From: Fidelibacterota bacterium
Lineage (GTDB): Bacteria > Fidelibacterota > Fidelibacteria > Fidelibacterales > DSDE01
Length of the DNA: 64,000 nucleotides
NCBI GenBank assembly: GCA_046735395.1
Contig: JBJKQR010000001.1
Coordinates: forward strand, 32,001 to 96,000
Direction: 5' to 3'
Part shown: positions 49,393-59,761 of the stretch, piece after piece
Layout of the letters: each line of letters begins with the position of its first letter
How positions within the stretch are numbered: the first letter of the stretch is position 1
The notes under the pieces: generated by a model
What the model was told of the DNA's origin: nothing
The model's input: the letters and a program-made list of their open reading frames with translations, nothing else
Databases searched by the model: none
Program-made: the position numbers and the translations under genes

Positions 49393-50700
49393 TTATTTTA
49401 TATGATCATGGAGCAGGGGAAGAGCATCAACTTTTTCATCTGTTAAGCTGAACGCGGACGACAGCCGATCCGCGACTTTTACGAGCGCATCCCTGTTTTC
49501 GGAATAAAGGGTGGCCAGGGTATCTCCGCGGGAAATTTTATCACCGACTTTGGCCGCGACCGTCATTCCTGCACGGGGTGAAATTTTATCTGAATGCTGT
49601 TTTCGTCCCGCACCGAGCTCAATAGCCTGCAATCCGAGCATATAGGCATCAATGGACTTCAGGTAACCGTTTCTATCCGCGCGGATCACATGGTTGAAGG
49701 CAGCTTCGCCCATGGATTTTTTCCCGGTCAGATAATCCGTGTCCCCGCCCTGGGCCCTGCTGATTTCGCAGAATTTTTCGAAAGCCTGTCCGCTGTCGAG
49801 AAGCTGCACGAGTTCCTTGCGGATGGATTCATCGCTGCTGTCCGGGAAGGCCATTTTCATCAGGTGGGTGGAAAGGACAAGACTCAGCTCTCTCACATCA
49901 TCGGGCCCCTTGCCCTGCAGGACATCCAGTGATTCCTGAATCTCGAGCCAGTTTCCGACCGTATGGCCGAGCGGCTGATTCATATCGCTGATCTGAGCCT
50001 GTACATTCAGGCCGAAGGCTTTTCCGAACAGAACCAGGTTTTCGGCGAGTTCACGGCTGGACTGAGGATCCTGCATAAAGGCGCCAATGCCGGTCTTCAC
50101 ATCCAGAATAAGGCCCTGAATCCCTTCCGCCGTCTTTTTACTCAGAATGGATGCACAGATGAGCGGGATGCTGCGGACGGTGGCCGTCACATCCCGAAGA
50201 GCATAGAGTTTCTTGTCTGCGGGACAGATATTCTCTGTCTGCCCGATGAGAGCGCAGCCGATCTCTTTCGTCTGTTTTTCGAAATCATCCATACTCAGGG
50301 CTGTATTGAAGCCGGGGATGGATTCCAGTTTGTCCAGGGTGCCGCCGCTGTGGCCCAGTCCCCGACCTGATATCATGGGAATGCGCAGTGTATCTGTCGC
50401 GGCCAGAAGCGGGGCGAGGATGATGCTGATTTTATCGCCCACACCGCCTGTACTGTGTTTATCGGCATAATAATAGCCCTGATCCCGGAATCGTTTATGA
50501 TCGCCGCTTTCAATGATGAGCTGTATCAGGTGTTTTACTTCTTCCTCATTCATACCGCGAAAATAGATGGCCATCAGCAGGGCCGACATCTGATAATCGG
50601 GAAGCTCTCCCTTTACAAATCCGTTCACAAAAAATGCAAGTTCGTCAAAGGACAGGGGAAGCCCCTGCTGTTTCTTTTCAATGACACTATAGGCCAGCAT
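49393..50700 (-). CDS. pdp: Pyrimidine-nucleoside / thymidine phosphorylase
   Basis: DKHSTGGVGDK, SGRGLGHSGGTLDKLESIPG, LYALRDVTATV, SILSKK. Confidence 0.95.
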   Translation of the reverse strand: MLAYSVIEKKQQGLPLSFDELAFFVNGFVKGELPDYQMSALLMAIYFRGMNEEEVKHLIQLIIESGDHKRFRDQGYYYADKHSTGGVGDKISIILAPLLAATDTLRIPMISGRGLGHSGGTLDKLESIPGFNTALSMDDFEKQTKEIGCALIGQTENICPADKKLYALRDVTATVRSIPLICASILSKKTAEGIQGLILDVKTGIGAFMQDPQSSRELAENLVLFGKAFGLNVQAQISDMNQPLGHTVGNWLEIQESLDVLQGKGPDDVRELSLVLSTHLMKMAFPDSSDESIRKELVQLLDSGQAFEKFCEISRAQGGDTDYLTGKKSMGEAAFNHVIRADRNGYLKSIDAYMLGLQAIELGAGRKQHSDKISPRAGMTVAAKVGDKISRGDTLATLYSENRDALVKVADRLSSAFSLTDEKVDALPLLHDHIK

Positions 50701-50712
50701 ATCGGAATCCTT

Positions 50713-51222
50713 TTATTTCAATTTATGTTTTTTTGCTGTTTCGACGTAATGATGCGCGGACTCAATGATGGACTGAAGTTCTTCATCCGTAACCGGCCGG
50801 ACAACACGGGCGGGAACGCCGGCCACCATGCTGTGCGGGGGAACGGCATACTTCTCCTTTACCAGTGATCCTGCGGCAACGATGGCGCCCTCGCCGATGC
50901 TGCAGCCGTTCAGAAGCGTGGCGCCCATCCCGATGAGGGCATGGTCGGCAATTGTGCAGCCATGAATGGTGGCACCGTGGCCGATGGTCACCTCCGAACC
51001 GATTACTACGGGATAATCATGATCCACATGAACTGTGCAGTTGTCCTGTATATTTGTACGGGCACCGATGTGGACAGAATTGATATCGCCCCGGATTACG
51101 CTGTTATACCAGATATTTACGCCTTCGGCTATGTTCACGTCGCCGATCACGAACACGCCGGGCATGAGCGTGGCCCGATCGTCAATGACGGGGGATATGT
51201 TATTGTAAATAATACGGTTCAT
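50713..51222 (-). CDS. Gamma carbonic anhydrase family (YrdA-like) protein
   Basis: IRGD, NIQDN..VH, TIGH...IHGC hexapeptide repeats; start refined to ATG 51222 overlapping the lptF stop. Confidence 0.9.
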   Translation of the reverse strand: MNRIIYNNISPVIDDRATLMPGVFVIGDVNIAEGVNIWYNSVIRGDINSVHIGARTNIQDNCTVHVDHDYPVVIGSEVTIGHGATIHGCTIADHALIGMGATLLNGCSIGEGAIVAAGSLVKEKYAVPPHSMVAGVPARVVRPVTDEELQSIIESAHHYVETAKKHKLK

Positions 51223-52601
51223 TCCTCTTTCTCCTGTAGAAACTGCTGCAGGACAGCAGGTATCTTGATGGCTATCCGTTCGTGGATGGCGTACCAGATG
51301 AGCAGGACGCCGGCAACGGAAAAGATGAGATTCGGGCCCCACATGGCCAGCCAGGGCTGGAGCAGATCCCTGTCGGAAAGCTGTTCGCCGCCCATCATCA
51401 TGGCCCAGTAGATCAGAAAAAATAGCAGGCTGAGACCGCTGGCAATGGCCATTCCGCCCCGGCGGGCAATCATTCCCAGCGGAGCTCCGACCATAATGAA
51501 AATAATACAGGCCACGGGCATGGCAATTTTTTTATGAATTTCCACCATATATTTGTTCATCTGCTTCTGATAACTTTCCCAGATTTTGGCATTGCTTTCC
51601 AGCCGGCGAAGGGTGGTTTTCAATTGTTTCTGACTGCGCAGCTCTGCATGGGTCGGGCGTTCACCGGGCCTTCCGATGCGGGACAGAGTATCGTTTACCA
51701 GGCTTGTCAGTCCGGCAAAGGAAGAGGATAAGGAATCCGTACGCATATTCCGGGGCAGCAGTTCCCGGCTCATTTTCATCAGGCCTGTCTGTTTGCCTTC
51801 ATATCGCCGGACTTCAGCGAGCATGGATTGTATATCCATTTCACGATCGCCCTTCCGGGCCGTGTCGCGACGTTCCAGCATCATATTTTCAACCGGAATG
51901 GTGATGCGGTGACGTTCGTATTTCAGAATCCGGTATTCGGATTTTTCAGGTTTGTCGGGGAGTTCATGAATTTCACCGTCATAGAGGTTCAGAATGACCT
52001 GATTACCCATGATTTCCATTTTCCCGCGCGCGGCCCAGATCGTGATTTTGGTGCCATTGGGCTTATTGTGGAAAATGATGAGATCCTTCATGATATCTCC
52101 GTCCTTGTCCCGCATGAATACGGTATAATCGGGAATATCATAGATGAAATATCCGGGTTCGAGATTGAGATCGGGATGTTTGCGGTAAATGTCGCCTCTC
52201 AGGAGCCGGGCCTGGTGGTTTGCATCCGGCAGAATGAAATTATTGAAAAAGAGCAGGAAGATCATGACCAGGACTGCAAAGGCGATGGATGGCCGGAGAA
52301 TGCTGGAGAAGGAAATGCCGTTGGCGCGGATTGCGGTAATCTCATTATCCTCCCCGAGACGGCCGAAGACCATCAGGGTGGAAATGAGAACAGACATGGG
52401 GATGGACATTGCAAAAATCCAGGCAAGATTGAGAACGATAAATTCGCTGATGATCTTGAAACCGAGATTTTTTCCCAGCAGCCGGTCGAGGGATTTGAGA
52501 ATGAAATTGCTGAGAAACAGGAACGAGATCACTACATTTGAGCCGATGAACGGCACCACGTGCTCCCGAAAAATATAGGATGAAAGAGTTTTCTGTTTCA
52601 C
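51219..52601 (-). CDS. lptF: LptF/LptG family LPS export permease
   Basis: YIFRE...PF, IPMSVL, FGRL..DNEITA.RA.GIS, EIHKKIA.P.AC. Confidence 0.85.
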   Translation of the reverse strand: MKQKTLSSYIFREHVVPFIGSNVVISFLFLSNFILKSLDRLLGKNLGFKIISEFIVLNLAWIFAMSIPMSVLISTLMVFGRLGEDNEITAIRANGISFSSILRPSIAFAVLVMIFLLFFNNFILPDANHQARLLRGDIYRKHPDLNLEPGYFIYDIPDYTVFMRDKDGDIMKDLIIFHNKPNGTKITIWAARGKMEIMGNQVILNLYDGEIHELPDKPEKSEYRILKYERHRITIPVENMMLERRDTARKGDREMDIQSMLAEVRRYEGKQTGLMKMSRELLPRNMRTDSLSSSFAGLTSLVNDTLSRIGRPGERPTHAELRSQKQLKTTLRRLESNAKIWESYQKQMNKYMVEIHKKIAMPVACIIFIMVGAPLGMIARRGGMAIASGLSLLFFLIYWAMMMGGEQLSDRDLLQPWLAMWGPNLIFSVAGVLLIWYAIHERIAIKIPAVLQQFLQEKEE

Positions 52602-52618
52602 GGAATGCTTGTTTCGGA

Positions 52619-55600
52619 TTAGAAATCGCCTCCCAGCGAGAAGAGGTACTGGGGACGGGAAAAATTGCGTCCGTCATATCGCCAGGCCGTATCGATACGC
52701 AGCAGGAAATATCCCAGAAAAATGCGCAGGCCCACGCCGGAGGACAGCATAAAATCATCATAAGTACTGCTGAAAATCGGAATAAAATCGGGATTTTTCC
52801 AGAGATTCAGCTTGTTTGACCAGGCCGTGCCCATATCGGTAAAGAGTATGCCCCGTACCTGATAAAGCGTAACCGGGAGCGGAAAGCGCAGTTTGGCATA
52901 TTCGATGAAGGGATAACGAAATTCGGCATTCATGACGAAGAAATGGTTTCCCGATTTTTCGAAATAGGGAACACCCCGCATCGGCGTGACAAATCGTGAA
53001 AAATAATAGAGGTTCATGTCCTCGGAAAAGCCGTCGGAGGAATTTCCGAAGATGGGCGCGTTGGCGTTATACCTGTAATTGAGCCAGTTGTCCACGCCCC
53101 CGACCATGAAAGTCTGGGGTGTTTTGCCCCAACTGGTGCCGGCGTTGAGGCGGACTGCGAAATGATAATCGAAATTTGCCTTCCAGTATTTTCTGAAATC
53201 CAGCGTAAGGGACGTGAAGGAGGGATTTCGTGTATCAATCTCGGGAACATTATCTACGGTAAGGTTATAGCGCATGCCGTCCATGGGGGCGGTATAACTC
53301 CATATGACATTGTCCGAAACAAGGGAAAAACTGTTGATGAGCATCCCGAGTTTACTGTTGTACATATCAGCCAGAACCGGACTGTCGAGCACATTTCGTT
53401 CCGCCACATACCAGGTTTCGTTCAGATCCATTCGCGTAAACCGGTTGAAGGGATAGCTGGCATAGAGGGAAGACCCGTAATTCCGGAACTGGGTGATGGC
53501 GATATTATTCCCAAGATAGCTGTAATAATAGTCTGAATAATTGAAATAACCCGCACCCACATTGAGCCGGTGCTTGAGATAAGCATAGGAAATGCTGTAG
53601 TCACTGTTTTTCAGATCAATATAGAGCTCTGTGGTGAGGCCGATCTGATGATTCCCAAACACGTCTGAAAAGAGAAACACGGAATAGCCCTGGAATCCGT
53701 AAAAGGTGCTGTAGCCGAGCTGGCTGTCCACCAGATCCAGTGAAAACTTGGTCTTGTAGGGATGATCCAGATATTTGCCGCTGTCATCCATGAAGCGGGT
53801 GGAATCCATGGAAATGGTATCCCCCACAGCCACACCCTGAGAGAGCAGAGAATGGGAATAATTGGGAATGAAAACATAATGACGATAATTTTCACCGTCG
53901 CTGTCCCGATTGGACGGAATGGTCTCCATGGCCTTCCTCACCGAATCATCCGCGACAGACACAATGGTGAGATTGGTATCGGACAGGGCGGATGCGGTGG
54001 ATGCCCGACTCGAATTACTGTCCTTTTTAAATGCGGTCGCTTCCAGAGTCACCGCGGGCATATCAAAGATATTATTGATACGATAGATATCCCAGCCGCT
54101 GTTCTGAAATGCGGAGAAGTACAGGGTCCGGTTGTCGGAAGACAGGCTGGGATAAAAAATGCCGCCGAGAATATTGGTGACAGGCCGGGCGTTTCCATTG
54201 AGGTCCCGTATCCACAGATTGGAAATTCCGTTTTCATCGCAGGTATACACGATATTCCGTCCATCGGATGAAAAGAGGGGATAGTTCTCATTGTCATCCG
54301 TCTGTGTGTACTGTTTCCGGCTTCCATCCTGAACATTAATGCTGTAGATATCGTGCTGATAGGGATGCTTGAAGTCGCTCTGGTCTTTTTTCATGCGTTC
54401 CGAGCTGTAAAGCAGAGTTGTGCCGTCGGAGGACCAGGCAGGATTTGCGTCACGCCATTTATCATGGGTAATATTTGTCAGTTTGCCCGAATCTATATCG
54501 TAAGTGTAGAGATCGGATTGAGTTCCGTCATTCCCCTCAAAGGCGATGAGCGGTTTACTGGGATGCCAGACAGCGGAATAGATCCCTTTCAGTCGGATAA
54601 TGGGAATAAACCGTTTGTGGCCGGTCTTCTGATCCACGATGACCAGGGCGTCATTCTTGCCGCTTTTAGCGGCAAATACGATACTTTTTTCGTCCGGAGA
54701 CCAGGAAATGCTGGGGGCCAGCCATTTAAGTTCCTCCAGGTCGGCCTGCCGGTTTCCCTTCACCAGCCTGCGGTTTTCGCTGCCGTCGGAGGCATTCATC
54801 AGATAAATATCCGCATAGCCGTCGCGGTCACTGAGATAGGCGATGCGGCTGCCGCTGGGGCTGATGGCCGGCGCGATATTCTGATAATTCTTCTGTTTCT
54901 CATGATCGGTGAGCTGAACCGAAATTCCGGTTACATCCTCCGCCATGGAAATTTCCGGCCAGTACTGGGTCTTCAGGTACGTATGCCAGTCTTCACTGAA
55001 TTTTTCAGGCCCCATATTGAAGGTCTTCTGTATACAGCGTTCCACACTATGGCTGCTTTTCAGGTTGGCATAGAATTCGGTGATCTTCTGACTGCCGTAG
55101 GTATCATGAATGAAGCGGAAAATGCTTTGGCCGCCTTTGTAGGCGTAGTATCCGTTCAGGTTATCAATGGGAATGAAGCGGCTCTGGAAGGCAAAATCTC
55201 TCATGAACATATCCGCCTGTACATCCCAGTCAAGCGATTCGTATTCACTGCTGCCCTCCGACAGCCACAGCGGGATGTTCAGCTTGACGGCACCACTGAT
55301 CAGCGACTGTACCGACCCACCGTAGTACATGTCATTCATGAAGGCATGGGTGAGTTCGTGATGAATAACATGCCGAAAATCCTCGTAGGAACCTTCAAAG
55401 GGGAGAACGACACGGTTCTTATACAACTCGGTTACACCGCCGACACCTTCTTCCATATATTCGGACACGACATTCGTCTGCTGAAAGGCATTATGACTGT
55501 TGTAAATAATGATGGCATAGCGTCTCTGCAGGGACCAGTTGAAGGTCTCACGTATCGATTGATACGCCTTCTCCGATTCACCGGCTGCAAATTCAGCCAG

Positions 55601-55753
55601 TTCCTTGCTGTCCGTACTGTAATAGATGTCAAAATGAGAGCTCTGGATGTACTGCCATTTGAACTGATCGTATCGGACTTTGTTCTTTCCGAATTGGCCC
55701 AGAGCAGCGGATACAGAGAGGAGGAGCAAGGCGGAGAGGAGTCGTATTTTCAC
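52619..55753 (-). CDS. Omp85/BamA-TamA family protein with N-terminal HExxH peptidase-like domain and PD40 beta-propeller
   Basis: FGKNKV, HHELTH, P.W..EG..EY, repeated P..SPDG/SSDG, NAEFRYP, C-terminal FSLGGDF. Confidence 0.85.
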   Translation of the reverse strand: MKIRLLSALLLLSVSAALGQFGKNKVRYDQFKWQYIQSSHFDIYYSTDSKELAEFAAGESEKAYQSIRETFNWSLQRRYAIIIYNSHNAFQQTNVVSEYMEEGVGGVTELYKNRVVLPFEGSYEDFRHVIHHELTHAFMNDMYYGGSVQSLISGAVKLNIPLWLSEGSSEYESLDWDVQADMFMRDFAFQSRFIPIDNLNGYYAYKGGQSIFRFIHDTYGSQKITEFYANLKSSHSVERCIQKTFNMGPEKFSEDWHTYLKTQYWPEISMAEDVTGISVQLTDHEKQKNYQNIAPAISPSGSRIAYLSDRDGYADIYLMNASDGSENRRLVKGNRQADLEELKWLAPSISWSPDEKSIVFAAKSGKNDALVIVDQKTGHKRFIPIIRLKGIYSAVWHPSKPLIAFEGNDGTQSDLYTYDIDSGKLTNITHDKWRDANPAWSSDGTTLLYSSERMKKDQSDFKHPYQHDIYSINVQDGSRKQYTQTDDNENYPLFSSDGRNIVYTCDENGISNLWIRDLNGNARPVTNILGGIFYPSLSSDNRTLYFSAFQNSGWDIYRINNIFDMPAVTLEATAFKKDSNSSRASTASALSDTNLTIVSVADDSVRKAMETIPSNRDSDGENYRHYVFIPNYSHSLLSQGVAVGDTISMDSTRFMDDSGKYLDHPYKTKFSLDLVDSQLGYSTFYGFQGYSVFLFSDVFGNHQIGLTTELYIDLKNSDYSISYAYLKHRLNVGAGYFNYSDYYYSYLGNNIAITQFRNYGSSLYASYPFNRFTRMDLNETWYVAERNVLDSPVLADMYNSKLGMLINSFSLVSDNVIWSYTAPMDGMRYNLTVDNVPEIDTRNPSFTSLTLDFRKYWKANFDYHFAVRLNAGTSWGKTPQTFMVGGVDNWLNYRYNANAPIFGNSSDGFSEDMNLYYFSRFVTPMRGVPYFEKSGNHFFVMNAEFRYPFIEYAKLRFPLPVTLYQVRGILFTDMGTAWSNKLNLWKNPDFIPIFSSTYDDFMLSSGVGLRIFLGYFLLRIDTAWRYDGRNFSRPQYLFSLGGDF

Positions 55754-55788
55754 AGAATTTCTCCTTGGAAATTAAAAGGAAGAATATA

Positions 55789-55815
55789 TAAAAAAAGCCT
55801 TGAAGTCAAGGCTTT
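55789..55815 (-). terminator. Rho-independent terminator after the BMC genes
   Basis: AAAGCCTTG-AAGT-CAAGGCTTT preceded by an A-run on +. Confidence 0.7.
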
Positions 55816-55837
55816 ACTAAGTGATTTGCGGCGGGGA

Positions 55838-56281
55838 CTATTCGGATTTTTTCAGAAGCTGAAGGAGGGTTTCCTTGCTGGCCGATGAGATTTCACGGCC
55901 ACTCAGCTGGATATCCGGATTGTCGCGTGCAATCTTTCTCAATTCATTGACCGTCATGGATTCAAGACGATCTGAATTCTCGCTGGTCTCGGCGTTTCCC
56001 GGTATAAGCTGGCGAATCATTTCCGCAGTGAAGGTGTCCGGGCGCGGAATAATGTGGGTTCCGACCAGTTCGCCTATCTTTTCGGCGGCTGCAGCACCGG
56101 CATTCACGGCACTTTTCACAGCGCCGGTTTCACCGCTGATCAGAATAATAACCAGACCGCCGCCGCTGTATTCCTTGGCCAGAAGCTTGACATTGGCTGC
56201 CTTGACCATGGCATCAGCGCCTTCGATAGCAGCTACGAGACCTCTTGTTTCCAGAAGCCCGAGGGCATTTTCATAACTCAT
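55838..56281 (-). CDS. Bacterial microcompartment shell hexamer (BMC-H) with C-terminal helical extension
   Basis: ALGLLETRG...[14 protein letters not shown]...G.TGAV..AV.AG...HIIPRP; tail LESMTVNELRKIAR...ISSASKETLL. Confidence 0.92.
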   Translation of the reverse strand: MSYENALGLLETRGLVAAIEGADAMVKAANVKLLAKEYSGGGLVIILISGETGAVKSAVNAGAAAAEKIGELVGTHIIPRPDTFTAEMIRQLIPGNAETSENSDRLESMTVNELRKIARDNPDIQLSGREISSASKETLLQLLKKSE

Positions 56282-56296
56282 GATAATATCCTGGTT

Positions 56297-56572
56297 TTAG
56301 GGCAGTATTTTCTCGACATCACTGTGGGGACGGGGAATGACATGAACCGATACCAGCTCGCCAACCTTTTCAGCTGCTGCTGCACCGGCATCTGTCGCCG
56401 CCTTTACCGCTCCCACGTCTCCGCGAACCATTACGGTCACGAATCCACTGCCGATTTTTTCCTTGCCGATCAGTCGCACATTTGCTGCTTTTACCATCGC
56501 ATCCGCCGCTTCGATGGCACCGATCAGGCCCCGTGTTTCAACCATTCCCAGAGCATCTAAACTAATTGTCAT
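56297..56572 (-). CDS. Bacterial microcompartment shell hexamer (EutM/PduA-like BMC-H)
   Basis: ALGMVETRG...[14 protein letters not shown]...[14 protein letters not shown]...HVIPRPH. Confidence 0.96.
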   Translation of the reverse strand: MTISLDALGMVETRGLIGAIEAADAMVKAANVRLIGKEKIGSGFVTVMVRGDVGAVKAATDAGAAAAEKVGELVSVHVIPRPHSDVEKILP

Positions 56573-56614
56573 TGAACCTCCAAAAAATCCCGTTCACGTG
56601 GGATTGTGTTTTTT

Positions 56615-56648
56615 AAAAAAAGTGAACCCCGTGTTGCCACGGGGTTCG
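56615..56648 (-). terminator. Rho-independent terminator after HU
   Basis: GAACCCCGTG-TTGC-CACGGGGTTC with adjacent A-run on +. Confidence 0.8.
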
Positions 56649-56666
56649 AATTCGGTATAAAAAGCC

Positions 56667-56951
56667 TTATTTAACCAGGTCTTTTAAACCTTTGCCAGCT
56701 TTGAACTTCGGAGATTTTCCGGCGGGAATATTGATTTTTTCGCCGGTTTTCGGGTTCACGCCTTTTCTGGCATTGCGTTCAGCAACATAAAATGTACCGA
56801 AACCGACCAGTGTCAGTTTTCCGCCATCTTTCATAACATCCTGTACGGCGTCAACGAACGCATTAACGGCTTTGTCAGCCTGGGCTTTTGTCAGACCGGC
56901 TTCTTCAGCAATTTTAGCCACGAGTTCAGATTTCCCTAAAGACTTCGACAT
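56667..56951 (-). CDS. hup: DNA-binding protein HU
   Basis: KSELV..IA, LVGFGTF, R.ARKGVNPKTGE.I.IPA..PKFKAGK.LK. Confidence 0.97.
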   Translation of the reverse strand: MSKSLGKSELVAKIAEEAGLTKAQADKAVNAFVDAVQDVMKDGGKLTLVGFGTFYVAERNARKGVNPKTGEKINIPAGKSPKFKAGKGLKDLVK

Positions 56952-57331
56952 GTTTTTCTCCTTTGATTAGCTATTTGTCTGTTTAATCCATTCCAATTCT
57001 CAATACCGTGAATATTCAAATTATTTGTTTTCATGTCAAGGGAAATTATCGAAAGATTTTAAAAAAAACACTGGCAAAACCGCATGAATAGGGTATTCGT
57101 CAATTTCGATACTTTGTTTTCCAATTACTTGAAGGGTTTTTATGTGACTCTCCGAATTCCTTCCTTTATTCTTCCGTTTACGCCATTTCCCTTTCATTTC
57201 CGAGAATCCGGGAACCGGAAATGGAGAGGCTGATAGCTGTGGGAATTGCTGCCTTGCGGACCGCAGACCTTTTTGTTTTGTTAATTGACGCAATTCTTTA
57301 AATTAGGGGGAGTAACAAAACAGAGGAGTCG

Positions 57332-59761
57332 ATGGTTCGTAGAGTTGTTTTCGTTTTAGTAGTTGTTCTGAGTCTTTTGGATTTGCAGGAATGCGGGCGA
57401 AGCCGTCGTGTCGGGAACGGCATAGATCTATTGGCCCCCGTCACCTTATATAATGGCAGGGCGGATACCCTGCTCCTGGACGATCTGTTCTTTTCGGAGG
57501 ATTACAGCAGTTTTACGCCTCTGGAATCCGCATATCTCAATGTGAGCTATTCGCAGGCTGATCATCACCTTATCATAAAGCCGGACCGGGAATTCTGGGG
57601 ATTCTGCAGCATGAAATTTAATTTCCGTGGCCGGGATTACGACATGCCCGTCTATGTACGCCGGAAAATTCCTCATGAATTCAGTCTCCATGGGAATTTT
57701 AATACGGATACGGTCTACGTCTTCGGGAACTTCAATAACTGGCAGCGTGAGCAATATCCGCTTATCTACAATCAGGATAAAGTGCTCTACAGCGGATCGG
57801 TGGACTTTGACCCGGGCCGCTGGGAGTATCGTTTCGGTATCAACGGGCGCGACAAACTGGATCCGGACAATCCGGAACGGGTGCCCAATGGGTTGGGGGA
57901 CTTTAATTCCTTCCTGTTAATTCCTGAATACTATACAGGGAAAATGCCGGTTCTGACACCCGGGACCTTTCGGAAACTTGCCGGCGGAAAAGAGGAAATC
58001 ACGGTCATTGTGATTGCCAATGACGCCAGGGGCCAGCTGAATAAAAGTGATGTGTCCATTTTTCTCGACAATCAGCTGCTCAGTGAGAAGAACTATGTAT
58101 TTGATAACAGCAGATCCCTCCGTCTCATTCTGGAAGAAAATCAGCTGAACCGCGATGGAGTGCAGCATCTGAAAGTGATGATCGCCAATAAAAAATTCAA
58201 ATCGAATTTTCTGGATATCCTGCTGGTCAATGGGAACCTTCCGGATAATTCAAAGCAAGTCTGGCTGTGGAATGATGCCGTGATCTACAGTATCATGACA
58301 GACCGTTTTTCCAATGGTGATGACGGGAATGACATGCCGGTCATTCATCCGGACCTGGCTGACCGGGCAAATTTTCAGGGCGGTGACCTGGAAGGAATTC
58401 TGCAGCGTATCGACGAGGGCTATTTCCGGCATCTCGGCGTGAATACACTCTGGATATCACCCTGGTACGAGACAACGAACAACGCTTTTCAGGAAACGCC
58501 CAAACCCCATCGCTGGTTTGCGGGGTATCATGGATACTGGCCGGTGCAGCCCCGTACCGTCGAACCCCGTTTCGGCAGCAATGCCCTGCTGAAAACGGTG
58601 GTGGATACGGCCCATCGTCAGGGGCTGAAGATTCTGATGGACTTCATTTCCAATGATGTACACGAAGAACATCCCTACTTCCGTGAACATCGGGACTGGT
58701 TCGGACAGCTGGATCTGCCGGACGGCCGAAAAAATCTCAGACTGTGGGATGAATACCGGCTCACAACCTGGTTTGATCCCTACATCCCCAGTTTCGATTA
58801 CGAGAAAAGTGATGAAGCCATGAAGACGGTGATTTCGGATGCGGTCTGGTGGATGAAGGAATACAAGCTGGACGGCTTTCGCCATGATGCGGTCAAGCAT
58901 GTGCCCAACAAATTCTGGCGGGGACTGACCAAGACGCTGAGAACCAGCTTCCCGAAGAAGGATATATATCAGATCGGCGAAACCTTCGGTGACTACCATC
59001 TGGTATCCTCCTACGTGAATAACGGCCAGCTCAGCGCACAATTCAATTTTAATCAGTACTGGCCGGCCCGCTACTGTTTTGCCGAAGATTCGGCTGACTT
59101 CGGGGACCTGGTCACCGAAATGGAAAAAAGCATCGATATCTACGGCCAGCTCAATCTGATGGCGAATATCATGGACAGCCATGATCAGCCCCGTCTGGCA
59201 GCTTTTCTGGAGAAGGATCTCAAATGGAATGAGGATGCGGCGGAAGCCGGCTGGGCGCGGGATATTGAAGTGAACCGATCCTCAACCTACGATAAGATTG
59301 CCATGTATTTTGTCTACCTCATGAGCAGTCCGGGAATTCCGGTGATCTATTACGGGGACGAAATCGGGATGACCGGTGCTGCCGATCCGGATAATCGCCG
59401 GATGATGAAGTGGGGAGAACAGGTTACGGCAAAGGAAAGCCGGCTGCGCACGCAGGTTTCCCAGCTCGTGGATCTGAGGAATCATCACACAGCCCTTCGC
59501 TACGGCGATTTTATTCCCCTGCTGGCCACCAAAAAAGCCTTTGCCTATATCCGGCGTGATTTTCAGGAAAGCATTCTGGTGGTGATCAGTAAAAGCAAAA
59601 AAAGTGAGACAGTCCGGATACACTTTCCGGAAGAATTGCGCATCAAGGGTGCCGAATCCCTGAACGGAAATCCCGGTCTCAGTATGAACGGGGCAGATCT
59701 CATTGTTACAGCCCGTCCCTGGTCGGGGTATATGTTCCGCCTGCTGCAGGAGGAAAGATGA
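57332..59761 (+). CDS. GH13 alpha-amylase family protein with CBM48-like module, exported
   Basis: V.VFGNFNNW...YRF..NG...DPDNP; TDRF, GGDLEG, YHGYW, DGFRHDAVKH, GETF, DSHD, YYGDEIG. Confidence 0.92.
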   Translation: MVRRVVFVLVVVLSLLDLQECGRSRRVGNGIDLLAPVTLYNGRADTLLLDDLFFSEDYSSFTPLESAYLNVSYSQADHHLIIKPDREFWGFCSMKFNFRGRDYDMPVYVRRKIPHEFSLHGNFNTDTVYVFGNFNNWQREQYPLIYNQDKVLYSGSVDFDPGRWEYRFGINGRDKLDPDNPERVPNGLGDFNSFLLIPEYYTGKMPVLTPGTFRKLAGGKEEITVIVIANDARGQLNKSDVSIFLDNQLLSEKNYVFDNSRSLRLILEENQLNRDGVQHLKVMIANKKFKSNFLDILLVNGNLPDNSKQVWLWNDAVIYSIMTDRFSNGDDGNDMPVIHPDLADRANFQGGDLEGILQRIDEGYFRHLGVNTLWISPWYETTNNAFQETPKPHRWFAGYHGYWPVQPRTVEPRFGSNALLKTVVDTAHRQGLKILMDFISNDVHEEHPYFREHRDWFGQLDLPDGRKNLRLWDEYRLTTWFDPYIPSFDYEKSDEAMKTVISDAVWWMKEYKLDGFRHDAVKHVPNKFWRGLTKTLRTSFPKKDIYQIGETFGDYHLVSSYVNNGQLSAQFNFNQYWPARYCFAEDSADFGDLVTEMEKSIDIYGQLNLMANIMDSHDQPRLAAFLEKDLKWNEDAAEAGWARDIEVNRSSTYDKIAMYFVYLMSSPGIPVIYYGDEIGMTGAADPDNRRMMKWGEQVTAKESRLRTQVSQLVDLRNHHTALRYGDFIPLLATKKAFAYIRRDFQESILVVISKSKKSETVRIHFPEELRIKGAESLNGNPGLSMNGADLIVTARPWSGYMFRLLQEER

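Noticed and set aside
54353..55888. Long antisense ORFs (511 aa here; also 33546-34721, 36029-37003, 17207-18100 and others)
   Set aside because: Opposite well-recognised genes and lacking motifs; expected from codon bias
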